Shown: positions 18,593 through 29,185, counted from the first letter of the stretch. The stretch: 52,330 nucleotides of DNA from an uncultured Granulosicoccaceae bacterium (GCA_938008205.1 CALLLY010000306.1:1-52330), one strand, 5' to 3'. Notes: a model not told the origin generated them from the sequence alone. A program made the numbers and translations.

Positions 18593-21500
18593 ATGCACGC
18601 AATGATCGCATGGTTCACACGCAACAGCGTGGCTGCAAACCTATTGATGGCCGGCATTGTCGTCTGGGGCTTACATGCACTGTGGAATCGTATTCCGCTG
18701 GAAGTGTTCCCCTCGTTTGAACTGGACGTCGTTAATGTACGCGTGCCACTGCGAGGTGCGTCGCCCAGTGAGATCGAAGAGTCAATCACTATAAAAATCG
18801 AAGAAGCTGTGCAGGATGTGCAGGGAATAAAGTCTATTGGCTCTTCATCGGCAGAAGGGCTTGGCACAGTAAAAATAGACATAACCTCCAACGCCAATAT
18901 CGACAAAGTACTCGACGATGTAAAACAACGAGTCGACCAGATAAATACTTTTCCCGCCGATGCGGAAGCACCGGTTGTTTACATACCAGAGAGAAAACGC
19001 GAGGTCATCAGCGTTATCATTGCCGGGGAGCTGTCGGAAAAAGAACTTAGACAACTCGGTAGCCGGGTTCGCAATGAACTCGAATCATTGCCTAACGTCT
19101 CTCAAGTCAGCCTGTCAGGGATCAGAGATTTTGAGCTGGCCATTGAAATCAGTGAACAAACGCTACGCGAATACAACCTGACCTTTGGCGAAGTTGCCAA
19201 CGCGATTAAAACCTCTTCAGTGGATTTATCTGCAGGAGCGATTCGCACCGCCGGAGGCGAGGTGCTGATACGCACTTCAAATCAGGGTGAGAACGCGCTG
19301 GATTTCAGTGAAATAGTGGTAATAAAAAACAATGACGGCACTCGCGTCACGCTGGATGATCTGGCGACTATTAACGACAGTTTTGAGGAAAACGGACTCG
19401 AAAAACGCTATAACAGCCGAAGCAGTATTGAAATTGATGTTTACCGATCCGGTAATCAAAGCGCTATTACCGTCGCCCGGGAGGTGAAGGATTACCTGCA
19501 GGAAGCCCGCTACACAATGCCTGAAAACGTCACGCTGGGGTATTGGCGTGATCGTTCAAGAATCGTAAAGGCGCGTCTTGCAACGCTGAATAAAAGTGCC
19601 GTGCAAGGCGGAATACTGGTGATTGTTCTGCTGGCCCTGTTTCTTCGTCCGACCGTCGCTTTCTGGGTGTTTATTGGCGTGCCGGTGGCCTTTATGGGCG
19701 GACTTGCGTTAATGCCGGAGATTGGCGTGACGCTTAATCTCATCAGTCTATTTGCGTTTATTCTGGTACTCGGTATCGTGGTCGACGATGCAATTGTTAC
19801 CGGCGAAAATATCTACACACACATGCGGCGTAACCCCAACCGCACGCAGGCAGCAATCGAAGGTGCTCAGGAAGTTGCTATTCCTGTGACATTTGGTGTT
19901 CTAACGACGGTTGCCGCCTTTACCCCGCTACTGATGATTGAAGGTGTACGCGGAAAAATATTTGCGCAAATCCCGTTAATTGTTATTCCGGTGTTGCTGT
20001 TTTCTCTGATTGAAACAAAGCTGGTGTTACCGGCACACATGAAACATCTGAACTTCCATAAAGAAAAAAAACCAAACCTCTTCGCGCGCCTTCAACACAA
20101 AATTGCCGACGGTCTTGAATGGTGTATTAAAAAGTTCTATCAACCCGCGCTCGCTGCCTGTATGCGCCAGCGATACCTCACACTATCGGTCTTTGTTGGC
20201 GTCGCGATTATCGTGTTCAGCCTTGTCAGCGCAGGCCACGTACGATTTATATTTTTTCCGCGAATACAAAGTGAAGTTGCCAATGCGTCTTTAACAATGC
20301 CGATCGGCACGCCCTTTGAAGTCACGCAAAAACACATCAACAAAATAAACACCGCCGCCGTCGACCTGCAAAAGAAATATGTAGACGCCGAATCCGGTGA
20401 CAGCGTTATAGAAAACATTATGGCAACCGCCGGTGCGCAAGGCAGCACCAGCGGCCAGTCGCATGTCGGGCGTGTGATGTTTGAAATCACCCCACCGGAA
20501 GAACGCAGCTCTTCAGTGACCAGCAGCGAGCTGGTGCGTGAATGGCGTCGCATGATCGGAGACATTCCAGGTGCCAAGGAAATCAGTTACCGAGCCGAAA
20601 TCGGACGTGGCGGATCACCCATCAACATACAACTATCCGGTCAGAATTTTGATACGCTGCGCAGTGCTGCTACACAGGTAAAGGAAGCGCTCGCTACCTA
20701 CCCGGGTATTGAAGATATTACCGACAGCTTTGAAGGCGGCAAGCAGGAAATCAAACTAAAGATACGTCCGCAGGCACAAGCACTGGGCCTGACACTCGGC
20801 GATATGGCCGAACAGGTTCGGCAGGCATTTTTCGGCCTTGAAGTTCAGACTCTGCAACGAGACAGAGACGACGTTCGTGTGGTTGTGCGCTTGCCCGCAC
20901 AGGAGCGACAAACACTCGATAGCCTGCAGAACATGCGGATAAGAACACCCGATGGCAGTAGCGTGCCATTTTCTGAAGTCGCCGAAGCAACCATGGGCAG
21001 GGGCTTTGCCACGATTAAACGCGTCGACAGGAAGCGCACGGTTAACATCGAAGCCGATGCCGACAAGCAAACTGCAGATATTGAAGGCATTAAGCGTAAG
21101 CTGAACTCGCAACTGCCCGTGATACTTGAAGCCTACCCCGACCTCGACTACACGCTTGAAGGGGAATCGCGTGAACAGCGCGAGTCTTTCAGCAGTCTGA
21201 TTACCGGATTGATGTTTGTACTGACAGCGATATTTGCCTTGCTTGCGATTCCGCTCAGATCATACGGACAACCGTTTATGATTATGCTGGTCATTCCGTT
21301 CGGCGTCGTGGGTGCCATTCTGGGGCACGTCATCATGGGTATGAACCTGAGTATTATGAGCTACATGGGTATGCTTGCACTAACCGGCGTGGTAATAAAC
21401 GATAGCCTGGTGCTGGTTGATTACGTTAATAAACGCAGAGCAGAAGGAAATTCGTTATTCAACGCTGTCAGAATATCCGGCGTGGCACGGTTCAGGGCAA

Positions 21501-21775
21501 TTCTACTGACATCACTGACGACATTTTTCGGCTTGATGCCGCTAATATTTGAAAAGAGTACACAGGCGCAGTTCCTGATACCTATGGCAGTATCACTGGG
21601 TTTCGGAATTTTGTTTTCAACACTGGTTACACTGATATTGATACCCGTGAACTACCTGGTGTTTGAAGATATCAAAAAACTATTTATTCGAATCTTTGCT
21701 GCAATGATCAGTTTCTGGTCGGAACCTACAAAACAACCCGCTAAGCCCCGAGTTGAAGTGAGATCAGATTTCTAG
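18593..21775 (+). CDS. RND efflux transporter permease (AcrB/AcrD/AcrF family)
   Basis: 1060 aa. MIAWFTRNSVAANLLM N-terminus, two 6-TM bundles, LGIVVDDAIV and GVVINDSLVLVDY motifs. Starts 13 nt after the adaptor gene. Confidence 0.9.
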   Translation: MHAMIAWFTRNSVAANLLMAGIVVWGLHALWNRIPLEVFPSFELDVVNVRVPLRGASPSEIEESITIKIEEAVQDVQGIKSIGSSSAEGLGTVKIDITSNANIDKVLDDVKQRVDQINTFPADAEAPVVYIPERKREVISVIIAGELSEKELRQLGSRVRNELESLPNVSQVSLSGIRDFELAIEISEQTLREYNLTFGEVANAIKTSSVDLSAGAIRTAGGEVLIRTSNQGENALDFSEIVVIKNNDGTRVTLDDLATINDSFEENGLEKRYNSRSSIEIDVYRSGNQSAITVAREVKDYLQEARYTMPENVTLGYWRDRSRIVKARLATLNKSAVQGGILVIVLLALFLRPTVAFWVFIGVPVAFMGGLALMPEIGVTLNLISLFAFILVLGIVVDDAIVTGENIYTHMRRNPNRTQAAIEGAQEVAIPVTFGVLTTVAAFTPLLMIEGVRGKIFAQIPLIVIPVLLFSLIETKLVLPAHMKHLNFHKEKKPNLFARLQHKIADGLEWCIKKFYQPALAACMRQRYLTLSVFVGVAIIVFSLVSAGHVRFIFFPRIQSEVANASLTMPIGTPFEVTQKHINKINTAAVDLQKKYVDAESGDSVIENIMATAGAQGSTSGQSHVGRVMFEITPPEERSSSVTSSELVREWRRMIGDIPGAKEISYRAEIGRGGSPINIQLSGQNFDTLRSAATQVKEALATYPGIEDITDSFEGGKQEIKLKIRPQAQALGLTLGDMAEQVRQAFFGLEVQTLQRDRDDVRVVVRLPAQERQTLDSLQNMRIRTPDGSSVPFSEVAEATMGRGFATIKRVDRKRTVNIEADADKQTADIEGIKRKLNSQLPVILEAYPDLDYTLEGESREQRESFSSLITGLMFVLTAIFALLAIPLRSYGQPFMIMLVIPFGVVGAILGHVIMGMNLSIMSYMGMLALTGVVINDSLVLVDYVNKRRAEGNSLFNAVRISGVARFRAILLTSLTTFFGLMPLIFEKSTQAQFLIPMAVSLGFGILFSTLVTLILIPVNYLVFEDIKKLFIRIFAAMISFWSEPTKQPAKPRVEVRSDF

Positions 21776-21821
21776 CATTTTTAAGGGAATTTAACGCCCT
21801 CAGAGCTAGCGTAATAGATTT

Positions 21822-22550
21822 TCAAGATCCTGCTAGCCCGTTGATTAACTTCGTCACCTCCTCGGGTACCAGCTTTGTGGCAGGCCCGAATAAAGATCGA
21901 TCAAACTGTCCGGGGGTGTTGGACTCTTCAAGGTTGAGTTCTACCGTATAGGCAGCAGCACTGGCCGCCCGCTGCGCGAAACCGGCTGCCGGATAAACAT
22001 TGCCGGAAGTACCGATAGATATAAACAGATCACACGCCAGCAATGCGGTGTCAATACGGTCCATGTCAAACGGCATCTCTCCAAACCATACGATATGCGG
22101 TCTGAGCCTACCGGAATCACAGCGCTGACAGCGACTTTCAACCGTCAGATCCCAAGTACATTTTTCAACATCTCCGCAGGACAAGCACCGGCTTTTTAAT
22201 AATTCACCGTGCATATGAATCACGGATTGGCTGCCAGCCCGCTCGTGCAGGTTATCGATATTCTGCGTCACCAGAAGTACAGATCCGTCGAAAGCTGATT
22301 CCAGTTCAGCCAATGCTGTGTGCGCTGCGTTTGGCTTTATGTCATCCGCCAGCAATTGTTGTCGGCGGGCATTGTAAAATCGGTGTACCAACTGCGGGTC
22401 GCGCGCAAAACCCTCTGGCGTCGCGACCTCCTCTACTCGATGATTCTCCCACAAACCGTCGCTGGCGCGGAATGTCGGGATGCCTGACTCTGCAGAAATA
22501 CCTGCACCCGTCAGTATCACTACAGATGAATAACCGGACTCCCTGTTCAC
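21822..22550 (-). CDS. cobB: NAD-dependent protein deacylase (Sir2 family)
   Basis: VVILTGAGISAESGIPTFR, TQNIDNLHERAG, zinc ribbon CLSCG...CQRCDSG, and GTSGNVYPAA. 242 aa. Confidence 0.9.
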   Translation of the reverse strand: MNRESGYSSVVILTGAGISAESGIPTFRASDGLWENHRVEEVATPEGFARDPQLVHRFYNARRQQLLADDIKPNAAHTALAELESAFDGSVLLVTQNIDNLHERAGSQSVIHMHGELLKSRCLSCGDVEKCTWDLTVESRCQRCDSGRLRPHIVWFGEMPFDMDRIDTALLACDLFISIGTSGNVYPAAGFAQRAASAAAYTVELNLEESNTPGQFDRSLFGPATKLVPEEVTKLINGLAGS

Positions 22551-22606
22551 GGAACAGCAACCATTGGATCAACAGCCGCTCTTTACATCAAGCGCATTGC
22601 AGGGTT

Positions 22607-23404
22607 CTAGTACTTCATTGCGCCGGGAAGGCTTTGCGCAACTTGTCGCCACAGGTGATCAAGTGTCAGGTCCTTGTCTGGAGCAGATGGATGCTTGAGG
22701 TCTGCGCCATGTCGGATTCGATTCGAGACGCCGTTAGCAATGGCAGCAAGCAGCGAATTTCCTACGTAACGAACGCCATCTTCTTCGGCAGCCAGCATGG
22801 TGTTTTGATCGTCACTGCTGTACTCCTGCTGGAACACTCGCTGGCCACTGACGGTGTCATACACCTCAACACGAACCACATTGAGACGGACCGTATGCAA
22901 GCGGACGTCTTCGTAGTCATTTAAATCGAGGTTGCGCGGACCGGAACGAGGCTTTACCTCGGCAGGCAGCTCCACCACCTGGTCTATGGGGGCGATCATC
23001 GCCAGCATCAGATAACGTCGGCGCAACTGAGAAGCCCTGAGCTGATTGATTGCTCTGGAACTCAGCTCACCTTCCAGGCGATAACTGTTGATAAGCTCGG
23101 AAAATCCGTCACCGATACGGGCAGAGACATAACCGTAACTATCGATTTTGCCGCTGAGCCCCGGGTTATAGTGAAGAATGGCCGACGCGAGCTTGTCGGT
23201 ATAACGTAGCCGTTGATAGGCTTTGAGCGCAGACGACTCGCCGCTGTTAACGACAAACCCGACAGCCAGACCGTCTACAAAACCGGCCTCGGAGCCAGAC
23301 CCCAGTCCGATGCCCGGGTTGGTACCGCTATGCAGGGAATCGCGCGCGCAACCTGCGCTGAGCAGCAAGACCGCCACTAGGCCAAATGTTCTTATTTGAA
23401 GCAT
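22607..23404 (-). CDS. Hypothetical lipoprotein
   Basis: ORF 22607..23425. The internal ATG (complement 23404) gives MLQIRTFGLVAVLLLSAGCARD with lipobox L-S-A-G-C. No family recognised. Confidence 0.55.
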   Translation of the reverse strand: MLQIRTFGLVAVLLLSAGCARDSLHSGTNPGIGLGSGSEAGFVDGLAVGFVVNSGESSALKAYQRLRYTDKLASAILHYNPGLSGKIDSYGYVSARIGDGFSELINSYRLEGELSSRAINQLRASQLRRRYLMLAMIAPIDQVVELPAEVKPRSGPRNLDLNDYEDVRLHTVRLNVVRVEVYDTVSGQRVFQQEYSSDDQNTMLAAEEDGVRYVGNSLLAAIANGVSNRIRHGADLKHPSAPDKDLTLDHLWRQVAQSLPGAMKY

Positions 23405-23560
23405 GATGGTCCAAATTTGATACAAAGACCAAAAGATAGTCGATTTGCTCGACTAAAACCATCACGACTGTGTTAATTCTGTTGCCAGATGACCCGGCGA
23501 TGTTGATAGCTGCGAACCAATCAGCTCGGTTCGCAGAGGTAATTCAGAAGCAGACAGCGT

Positions 23561-23794
23561 TTACAGAGTGTCGTGTTTCAGGAATGAGTAGATCGGGCAG
23601 ATTCCAAAATAGACAGTTGCCAGCACCAGCAAACCGAGTACCAGCCAAAGCTTGGATCCGAATATGCCAACCAGTACCAAGGCACCACCCGCACCGAGGC
23701 GCACGTTTTTGTCGGTAGAACCAATGTTCTTCACCATTTCCGGCATCTTCTTGGCACCAGATTCCACTTTCTTAACGTTCGAGGATTCTTCCAT
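23561..23794 (-). CDS. DUF2892 (YgaP-like) small membrane protein
   Basis: NIGSTDKNVRLGAGGALVLVGIFG...LGLLVLATVYFGICPIYSFLK fits the N.G..D...R...G...G.CP.Y pattern of DUF2892. Confidence 0.65.
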   Translation of the reverse strand: MEESSNVKKVESGAKKMPEMVKNIGSTDKNVRLGAGGALVLVGIFGSKLWLVLGLLVLATVYFGICPIYSFLKHDTL

Positions 23795-23943
23795 CGTTAT
23801 GTCCTTGATTTAATTAGAGTGATCCACCGGAACTGCGATCCGGTCAACGTCGTATTCTATCGCGAAAAGTCCACTTGCAGTGAAGATTTGACGATTTTTT
23901 ATGGTTGACCGTAACGCTCCGGGGGATCGTCCTGTAGTTCGAA

Positions 23944-25152
23944 TCATCGCCTGCGTCGAGCAGCAATACGCATACGCAGCGCATTCAGCTTGATAAAGCC
24001 CTCAGCATCACTTTGATGGTAGGCACCTTCATCGTCCTCAAAAGTCGCAATTTTTTCATCGAACAAGGAATCGTCAGATTGTCGACCGGTGACACTAATG
24101 CCGCCTTTGTAGAGCTTGAGACGCACTGTTCCATTGACATATTGCTGCGAGTTATCGATCGCCGCCTGCAGCATCAGCCGCTCCGGGCTCCACCAATAAC
24201 CATTGTAAATAATGCTGGCGTAACGCGGCATTAACTCGTCTTTCAGGTGAGTCACCTCTCGATCGAGCGTTAGAGACTCCATCGCACGATGTGCCTTGAG
24301 CATGATGGTGCCACCGGGTGTTTCGTAACACCCTCTGGATTTCATACCGACATATCTATTTTCGACTATATCGTCGCGACCGATGCCGTGCTCACCACCA
24401 ATGCGGTTTAGCTCAGTGAGAACCTGCGCCGGCGTCATGGGGTTACCGTCCAGCGCGACAATGTCACCGGCTGCGAATGTCAGACTCAACTCACGCGGCT
24501 GGTCGGGCGCATCTTCCGGCGCGACTGTCCAGCGCCACATGTCGGGCTCGGCCTCTATCCAGGGGTCTTCAAGCTGGTCTCCCTCATAGGAGATATGCAG
24601 CAGATTCGCATCCATCGAATAAGGCGATTTACCTTCGCGTTTGCCCTCGATTGGAATTTGTCGCTCAGCTGCATAGGCAAGCAGTTTTTCACGCGAGTTC
24701 AGATCCCATTCGCGCCAGGGTGCGATCACTTTAACGTCTGGTGACAACGCATAGGCGCCCAGCTCAAAACGCACCTGATCATTGCCTTTGCCGGTCGCGC
24801 CGTGAGAAATGGCATCGGCTCCGGTTTGCTCAGCAATCTCGACCAGACGTTTGGCAATCAGTGGTCGGGCAATTGAAGTACCGAGCAAATATTCACCCTC
24901 GTAAATGGTATTGCAGCGCATCATCGGGTACACGAAGTCGCGTACGAACTCTTCTCGCAGGTCTTCGATAAAAATTTCCGAAACTCCGAGCATTTTGGCC
25001 TTTTCACGGGCCGGCTCCACCTCCTCTCCCTGACCAAGATCAGCGGTAAAAGTCACAACTTCACAGTCGTATTCGTCCTGCAACCAACGCAGAATTACCG
25101 AGGTATCCAATCCGCCCGAATAGGCGAGCACTACTTTTTTGACAGAGGCCAT
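23944..25152 (-). CDS. argG: Argininosuccinate synthase
   Basis: [19 protein letters not shown] (ATP PP-loop), [24 protein letters not shown]. The track ORF extends to 25251, but the ATG at complement 25152 gives the canonical N-terminus. Confidence 0.95.
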   Translation of the reverse strand: MASVKKVVLAYSGGLDTSVILRWLQDEYDCEVVTFTADLGQGEEVEPAREKAKMLGVSEIFIEDLREEFVRDFVYPMMRCNTIYEGEYLLGTSIARPLIAKRLVEIAEQTGADAISHGATGKGNDQVRFELGAYALSPDVKVIAPWREWDLNSREKLLAYAAERQIPIEGKREGKSPYSMDANLLHISYEGDQLEDPWIEAEPDMWRWTVAPEDAPDQPRELSLTFAAGDIVALDGNPMTPAQVLTELNRIGGEHGIGRDDIVENRYVGMKSRGCYETPGGTIMLKAHRAMESLTLDREVTHLKDELMPRYASIIYNGYWWSPERLMLQAAIDNSQQYVNGTVRLKLYKGGISVTGRQSDDSLFDEKIATFEDDEGAYHQSDAEGFIKLNALRMRIAARRRR

Positions 25153-25306
25153 TAAATTATATTGATCCGTGAGATATCGGCCGGGATTAGCTCTGCAGGC
25201 ATCGCAGAGGTCGCCGGAGCGAAAAAAGAAGTCCGTAATTTTACACGGCAATGATATTCAGCAATAGTTGAACTGAAGCGCCGCTCGCCAAAGTATTAAT
25301 AAATGC

Positions 25307-25328
25307 AATATTGAATATATTCAATATT
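25307..25328. promoter_or_regulatory. 22-bp perfect palindrome AATATTGAATATATTCAATATT in the argG/gltA divergent promoter (candidate operator)
   Basis: Read directly. It lies 155 bp upstream of the argG ATG and 126 bp upstream of the gltA ATG. It contains TGAAT..ATTCA half-sites reminiscent of ARG boxes, but with a 2-nt spacer instead of the 4-nt spacer of the E. coli consensus. Confidence 0.35.
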
Positions 25329-25453
25329 TAGCAATACATGGCATATACTCTGCGGATTGTACCCTTTTTCAAAATTTTACCGATAACTCGGGGTGTGCCC
25401 GCCACCACCGGTGGCGACCACGGCAATCCTCTATGAGACCGGGATGCTCAATC

Positions 25454-26734
25454 ATGACAAATAAAAAAATAACGCTTACTGATTCGGATGGAAAATCCAG
25501 CGAGTTCGATGTGCTGCAAGGCACCCACGGACCAGGCTGTATTGCGATATCAGATCTCTACAAAAAAACCGGGCACTTCACTTACGATCCCGGCTACGGC
25601 GCTACTGGCAGTTGCAAGAGTGCCATTACTTTCATCAATGGCGAAGAAGGGATTCTGCTGCATCGCGGGTACCCGATTGAACAACTGGCAGAGAAAAGTT
25701 CGTACCTGGAAGTGTGCTATTTGTTGTTGAATGGCGAGTTACCCAACTCAAGTGAGTTTGACGATTTTAGCGACACCATAAAAACCCACACTATGGTGCA
25801 CGAAAACATTCGCGATTTTATTAACGGTTTTCGTTACGACGCACACCCCATGGCAATGCTGGTTGGTACGGTCGGGGCATTGTCGTCTTTCTATCACGAC
25901 TCCATAGATATCAATAATCCGGAGCACCGGGTCATTTCAGCGCACCGTTTGATCGCGAAACTGCCCACCATTGCATCGTACTGCTACAAACATCATCGCG
26001 GTCAACCGTTCATGTACCCGGATAACAGTGTCAGCTACGTCGAGAATTTTATGCAAATGATGTTTGCGGTGCCGGCGCAGGAGTACACCCATAACCCGGT
26101 TGCAGCAAAAGCACTGGAAGTGATGATGATTCTGCACGCCGACCATGAACAAAACGCCAGTACTTCAACGGTACGGCTGGCTGGCAGTTCCGGCGCTAAT
26201 CCGTTTGCGTCTATCGCGGCGGGCATTGCAAGCTTGTGGGGACCGGCACACGGCGGTGCGAACGAAGCCGTCATCAACATGCTGGAAAACATATACAACT
26301 CAGGCGAGACCATCGAAACAACCATCGCTCGCGCCAAAGACAAAAACGATCCTTTCCGCCTGATGGGATTTGGCCACAGGGTTTACAAAAACTTTGACCC
26401 TCGCGCCAAGATTATCGCCGGTCTGTGTCACGAGCTGCTCGATGATCTGGATGGTGACCAGCCGATGTTTAACCTGGCACTTGAACTGGAACAGGCGACG
26501 CTCGAAGACGACTACTTCCGCGAACGCAGGTTGTACCCGAACGTTGACTTTTACTCCGGCATTATCATGCGAGCGTTGAACATCCCTATGAATATGTTTA
26601 CCGTGATGTTTGCGATGGCACGCACAGTGGGCTGGATCTCCCACTGGCTCGAAATGCACAGTGATCCGGAATTCCGAATCGGGCGGCCGCGGCAGATCTA
26701 TACAGGCCACGCCAAGCGCGATTATCCATCCTGA
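25454..26734 (+). CDS. gltA: Citrate synthase (type II)
   Basis: [64 protein letters not shown] 25433..26734, with ATG 25454 (MTNKKITL...) as the likely start. Confidence 0.9.
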   Translation: MTNKKITLTDSDGKSSEFDVLQGTHGPGCIAISDLYKKTGHFTYDPGYGATGSCKSAITFINGEEGILLHRGYPIEQLAEKSSYLEVCYLLLNGELPNSSEFDDFSDTIKTHTMVHENIRDFINGFRYDAHPMAMLVGTVGALSSFYHDSIDINNPEHRVISAHRLIAKLPTIASYCYKHHRGQPFMYPDNSVSYVENFMQMMFAVPAQEYTHNPVAAKALEVMMILHADHEQNASTSTVRLAGSSGANPFASIAAGIASLWGPAHGGANEAVINMLENIYNSGETIETTIARAKDKNDPFRLMGFGHRVYKNFDPRAKIIAGLCHELLDDLDGDQPMFNLALELEQATLEDDYFRERRLYPNVDFYSGIIMRALNIPMNMFTVMFAMARTVGWISHWLEMHSDPEFRIGRPRQIYTGHAKRDYPS

Positions 26735-26781
26735 TCAGACTCTCCTGACCATGGGTCGATATGAGGCTCATCGCTGAACAG

Positions 26782-26811
26782 AAAACCAGGCAATTCGCCT
26801 GGTTTTTTTTT
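26782..26811 (+). terminator. Rho-independent terminator of gltA
   Basis: CCAGGC (26786-26791) / loop AATTC / GCCTGG (26797-26802), followed by a 9-nt T-run. Confidence 0.75.
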
Positions 26812-26985
26812 GCCTGCAATAACCCTCCACCACCAGTGGATAGGCATACAAAATTGCCAACGATATCCTGATTTGCTGAAAAACTGTGAATTTGTTCTAT
26901 TCTCAAGAGACTCGCTAATGCGGCGATAAGCCATCTATAACCAAAATAAACTTCTGGTCGACTAGAACCAGAAAAGACGGCACTC

Positions 26986-28323
26986 ATGTCACAACGGTTT
27001 ACCCAACTAGGACACTACTTCGCGGCAGTACTCACACTGCTGTGTCTGTGCGCCTCAAACACGTGGGCGCAGCAGTACGATAGCTTTCGACTGGTGGGTG
27101 ATCATCCGACAGAAGTATCGGGTTTTGTGACGTCAATCAGCCTTGATTCTGATACCGATCAGATTACGGTGAATTACCTGAACGTGGCCGGGGTCAGTTC
27201 GGTCTACAACGCCACACTTACCCCTTCCACGGCCATTCCGGCCAGCACGCCCGTTTTCATGCCGCCAGCCGGCTTCACCGAAACCTTGCCATCTTCACTC
27301 GATCTGGAACAAATTCACTTTTTAAGCGGCCGTCTTTCGAGCAGTGAAGATACACAGGCACCCGATCACTGGTTTCGCTTAACCCGATTCAACGATCAAT
27401 ACAGTGGCGTTTTTCGTATTGGCAATCGCATATACGCTATTGATCGATATTCTGCAGACCCAACGATTCTGGTGCGGCCGGCACAACCGAACAAGAATAA
27501 TTTTCTGCCCGGCAAGCGTGTGAAAATCAGTGCGATTATTGACGAGCAGTATTTGCAGGCTGATACCGTTGGCGACCAGCAAGGCATGGACAATCTGGGG
27601 CACTTGTTTGCGCTGGAGTCGATCAACGTGATGGACGGTCTGTTAACTGACAGCCTGGGTATCAGCATATTGCTTGAGCAGGTTATCTACCAGCCCGCAA
27701 GCGTTCTGACACTGCCATCACAACCGCACGACACGATCGCCGGGGCCAGCAATTGGTATGGCTCGAACGCTGACGCTTTCGGACTCACCGATAACCTCGC
27801 AACCCTTTTTTTTCGCGGCAGCCTGACAGAATCGGCCAATGATGGCAGCGCGCATCCTCAACTTGCCGCCACGAATGCAAACACCATCGTGCAGGGCAAC
27901 AGCGACAGCTATCAGTTCGCCACGACTCACTATTTCGGATCCCTCCTCGGGTTGATCAATGAACCCGGTACCTTGCAGGACTGGCAAAACAACGATGCGC
28001 TGGCGCTACCCAACGTCCATTGGAGTGAACGACAAAAAAACCTTGTCGAGCTTAATCCACCACCGGCAGAACTGACTCAACTCATCAGCTACGACGCACC
28101 GGTAGTTGCCGACCAACCCGAACAGCCTGTTAACGAAGTCGACAATCAACTGGTGATTGCTGAAAGCCCGGAGGGCGACGGCATTATCCGTGATGACGGG
28201 AGTGGTAACACTTCACCAGAAGATGCATCAGGGACTGGTTCATTTGCCAGTGTGGTTGAGGTACTGGCACTATTGATCATCCTTTGCTCGTACATTCGGG
28301 TTGGTCGAGTGCATGAACCATAG
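26986..28323 (+). CDS. Hypothetical secreted protein with C-terminal hydrophobic tail
   Basis: Signal-like N-terminus (YFAAVLTLLCLCASNTWAQQ) and no catalytic motif I can identify. C-terminus GTGSFASVVEVLALLIILCSYIRVGRVHEP (Gly/Ser, hydrophobic, basic). Confidence 0.55.
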   Translation: MSQRFTQLGHYFAAVLTLLCLCASNTWAQQYDSFRLVGDHPTEVSGFVTSISLDSDTDQITVNYLNVAGVSSVYNATLTPSTAIPASTPVFMPPAGFTETLPSSLDLEQIHFLSGRLSSSEDTQAPDHWFRLTRFNDQYSGVFRIGNRIYAIDRYSADPTILVRPAQPNKNNFLPGKRVKISAIIDEQYLQADTVGDQQGMDNLGHLFALESINVMDGLLTDSLGISILLEQVIYQPASVLTLPSQPHDTIAGASNWYGSNADAFGLTDNLATLFFRGSLTESANDGSAHPQLAATNANTIVQGNSDSYQFATTHYFGSLLGLINEPGTLQDWQNNDALALPNVHWSERQKNLVELNPPPAELTQLISYDAPVVADQPEQPVNEVDNQLVIAESPEGDGIIRDDGSGNTSPEDASGTGSFASVVEVLALLIILCSYIRVGRVHEP

Positions 28324-29185
28324 TCTGGAAAACGATGAACTACGCATTGTTGTAAACGAACTTGGCGCAGAACTGCAGTCAATTACCTCAGTAGGTTCGG
28401 GAGAGGAATATCTCTGGCAGGGTGATCCTGATGTCTGGTCAGGCCGATCACCACTGTTGTTCCCGATTGTCGGTTCATTGAAAGATTCCCTGCTAAAGCA
28501 CAACGCAGATACTTACCCTTTACCTCGCCATGGTCTCGCTCGAACTGCAAAGTTCGAAAAAGTGAAGTCAGACAACCACCAGATAGAATTCGAGCTTCGC
28601 AGTAACGCCGATACGCTTGCAGTCTTCCCGTGGCAGTTCTCGCTTAGTGTTTGCTACACGTTACAAAACAACCGCGTTGCAATTGAATATCGAGTGCAGT
28701 CGCATGACGATAAACTGATGCGTTTTGCCATCGGTGCTCATCCGGCGTTTCGATTGCCGCTGGGTCAAACGTCGATAGACGGGTTTGCGATAGCGTTTAA
28801 CGCGGACACACAACTCACCAGATACCCGCTTGAGAAGTCCGGCCTGTTGTCGAGCAGCGGACAGAACTATCCGCTAAATGATCAGCAAATCGGCTTAACC
28901 AACACACTTTTTAATGACGATGCACTGGTATTTAAAAACATAACATCGTCTTGTCTGTCTCTTGTGCACAATGACAAAGATCGCCTGCGGGTACACACAG
29001 GAGGTGCACCGGATTTAGGCATCTGGGCCAAACCCGGCGCAGCTTTTGTTTGCATTGAACCATGGTTTGGATATAGCGACGATACCGACGCAAGCGGACA
29101 ATGGGCTGACAAACCTGCACTGCTGTCGTTGAACAAAGACGAGTTGTTCACCTACCAATGGTCAATTGAAATAGTCGCTCAATAA
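28313..29185 (+). CDS. Aldose 1-epimerase (galactose mutarotase-like) family protein
   Basis: LENDELRIVVNELGAELQSI, YLWQGDPDVWSGRSPLLFPIVG, LPRHGLAR, GAHPAF, VCIEPW. The start ATG 28313 (or GTG 28301) overlaps the end of the preceding gene. Confidence 0.8.
   Translation: MNHSLENDELRIVVNELGAELQSITSVGSGEEYLWQGDPDVWSGRSPLLFPIVGSLKDSLLKHNADTYPLPRHGLARTAKFEKVKSDNHQIEFELRSNADTLAVFPWQFSLSVCYTLQNNRVAIEYRVQSHDDKLMRFAIGAHPAFRLPLGQTSIDGFAIAFNADTQLTRYPLEKSGLLSSSGQNYPLNDQQIGLTNTLFNDDALVFKNITSSCLSLVHNDKDRLRVHTGGAPDLGIWAKPGAAFVCIEPWFGYSDDTDASGQWADKPALLSLNKDELFTYQWSIEIVAQ

Noticed and set aside
21822-22550. Sir2-domain protein as a possible defence effector (Thoeris/DSR-like)
   Set aside because: It is a 242-aa canonical CobB-type deacylase with an intact zinc ribbon and NAD motifs and no fused sensor or TIR/SLOG domain. 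Its neighbours are an efflux pump and a lipoprotein.
22313-22924. 203-aa plus-strand ORF spanning cobB and the lipoprotein gene
   Set aside because: It is antisense to two better-supported genes and crosses their intergenic gap, with no motifs.
25153-25251. N-terminal extensions suggested by the ORF track for argG (to 25251), gltA (from 25433), recQ (to 41171) and the TSP3 protein (to 51984)
   Set aside because: Internal ATGs give canonical family N-termini or signal peptides. The extensions are Cys/Arg-rich or overlap neighbouring genes.
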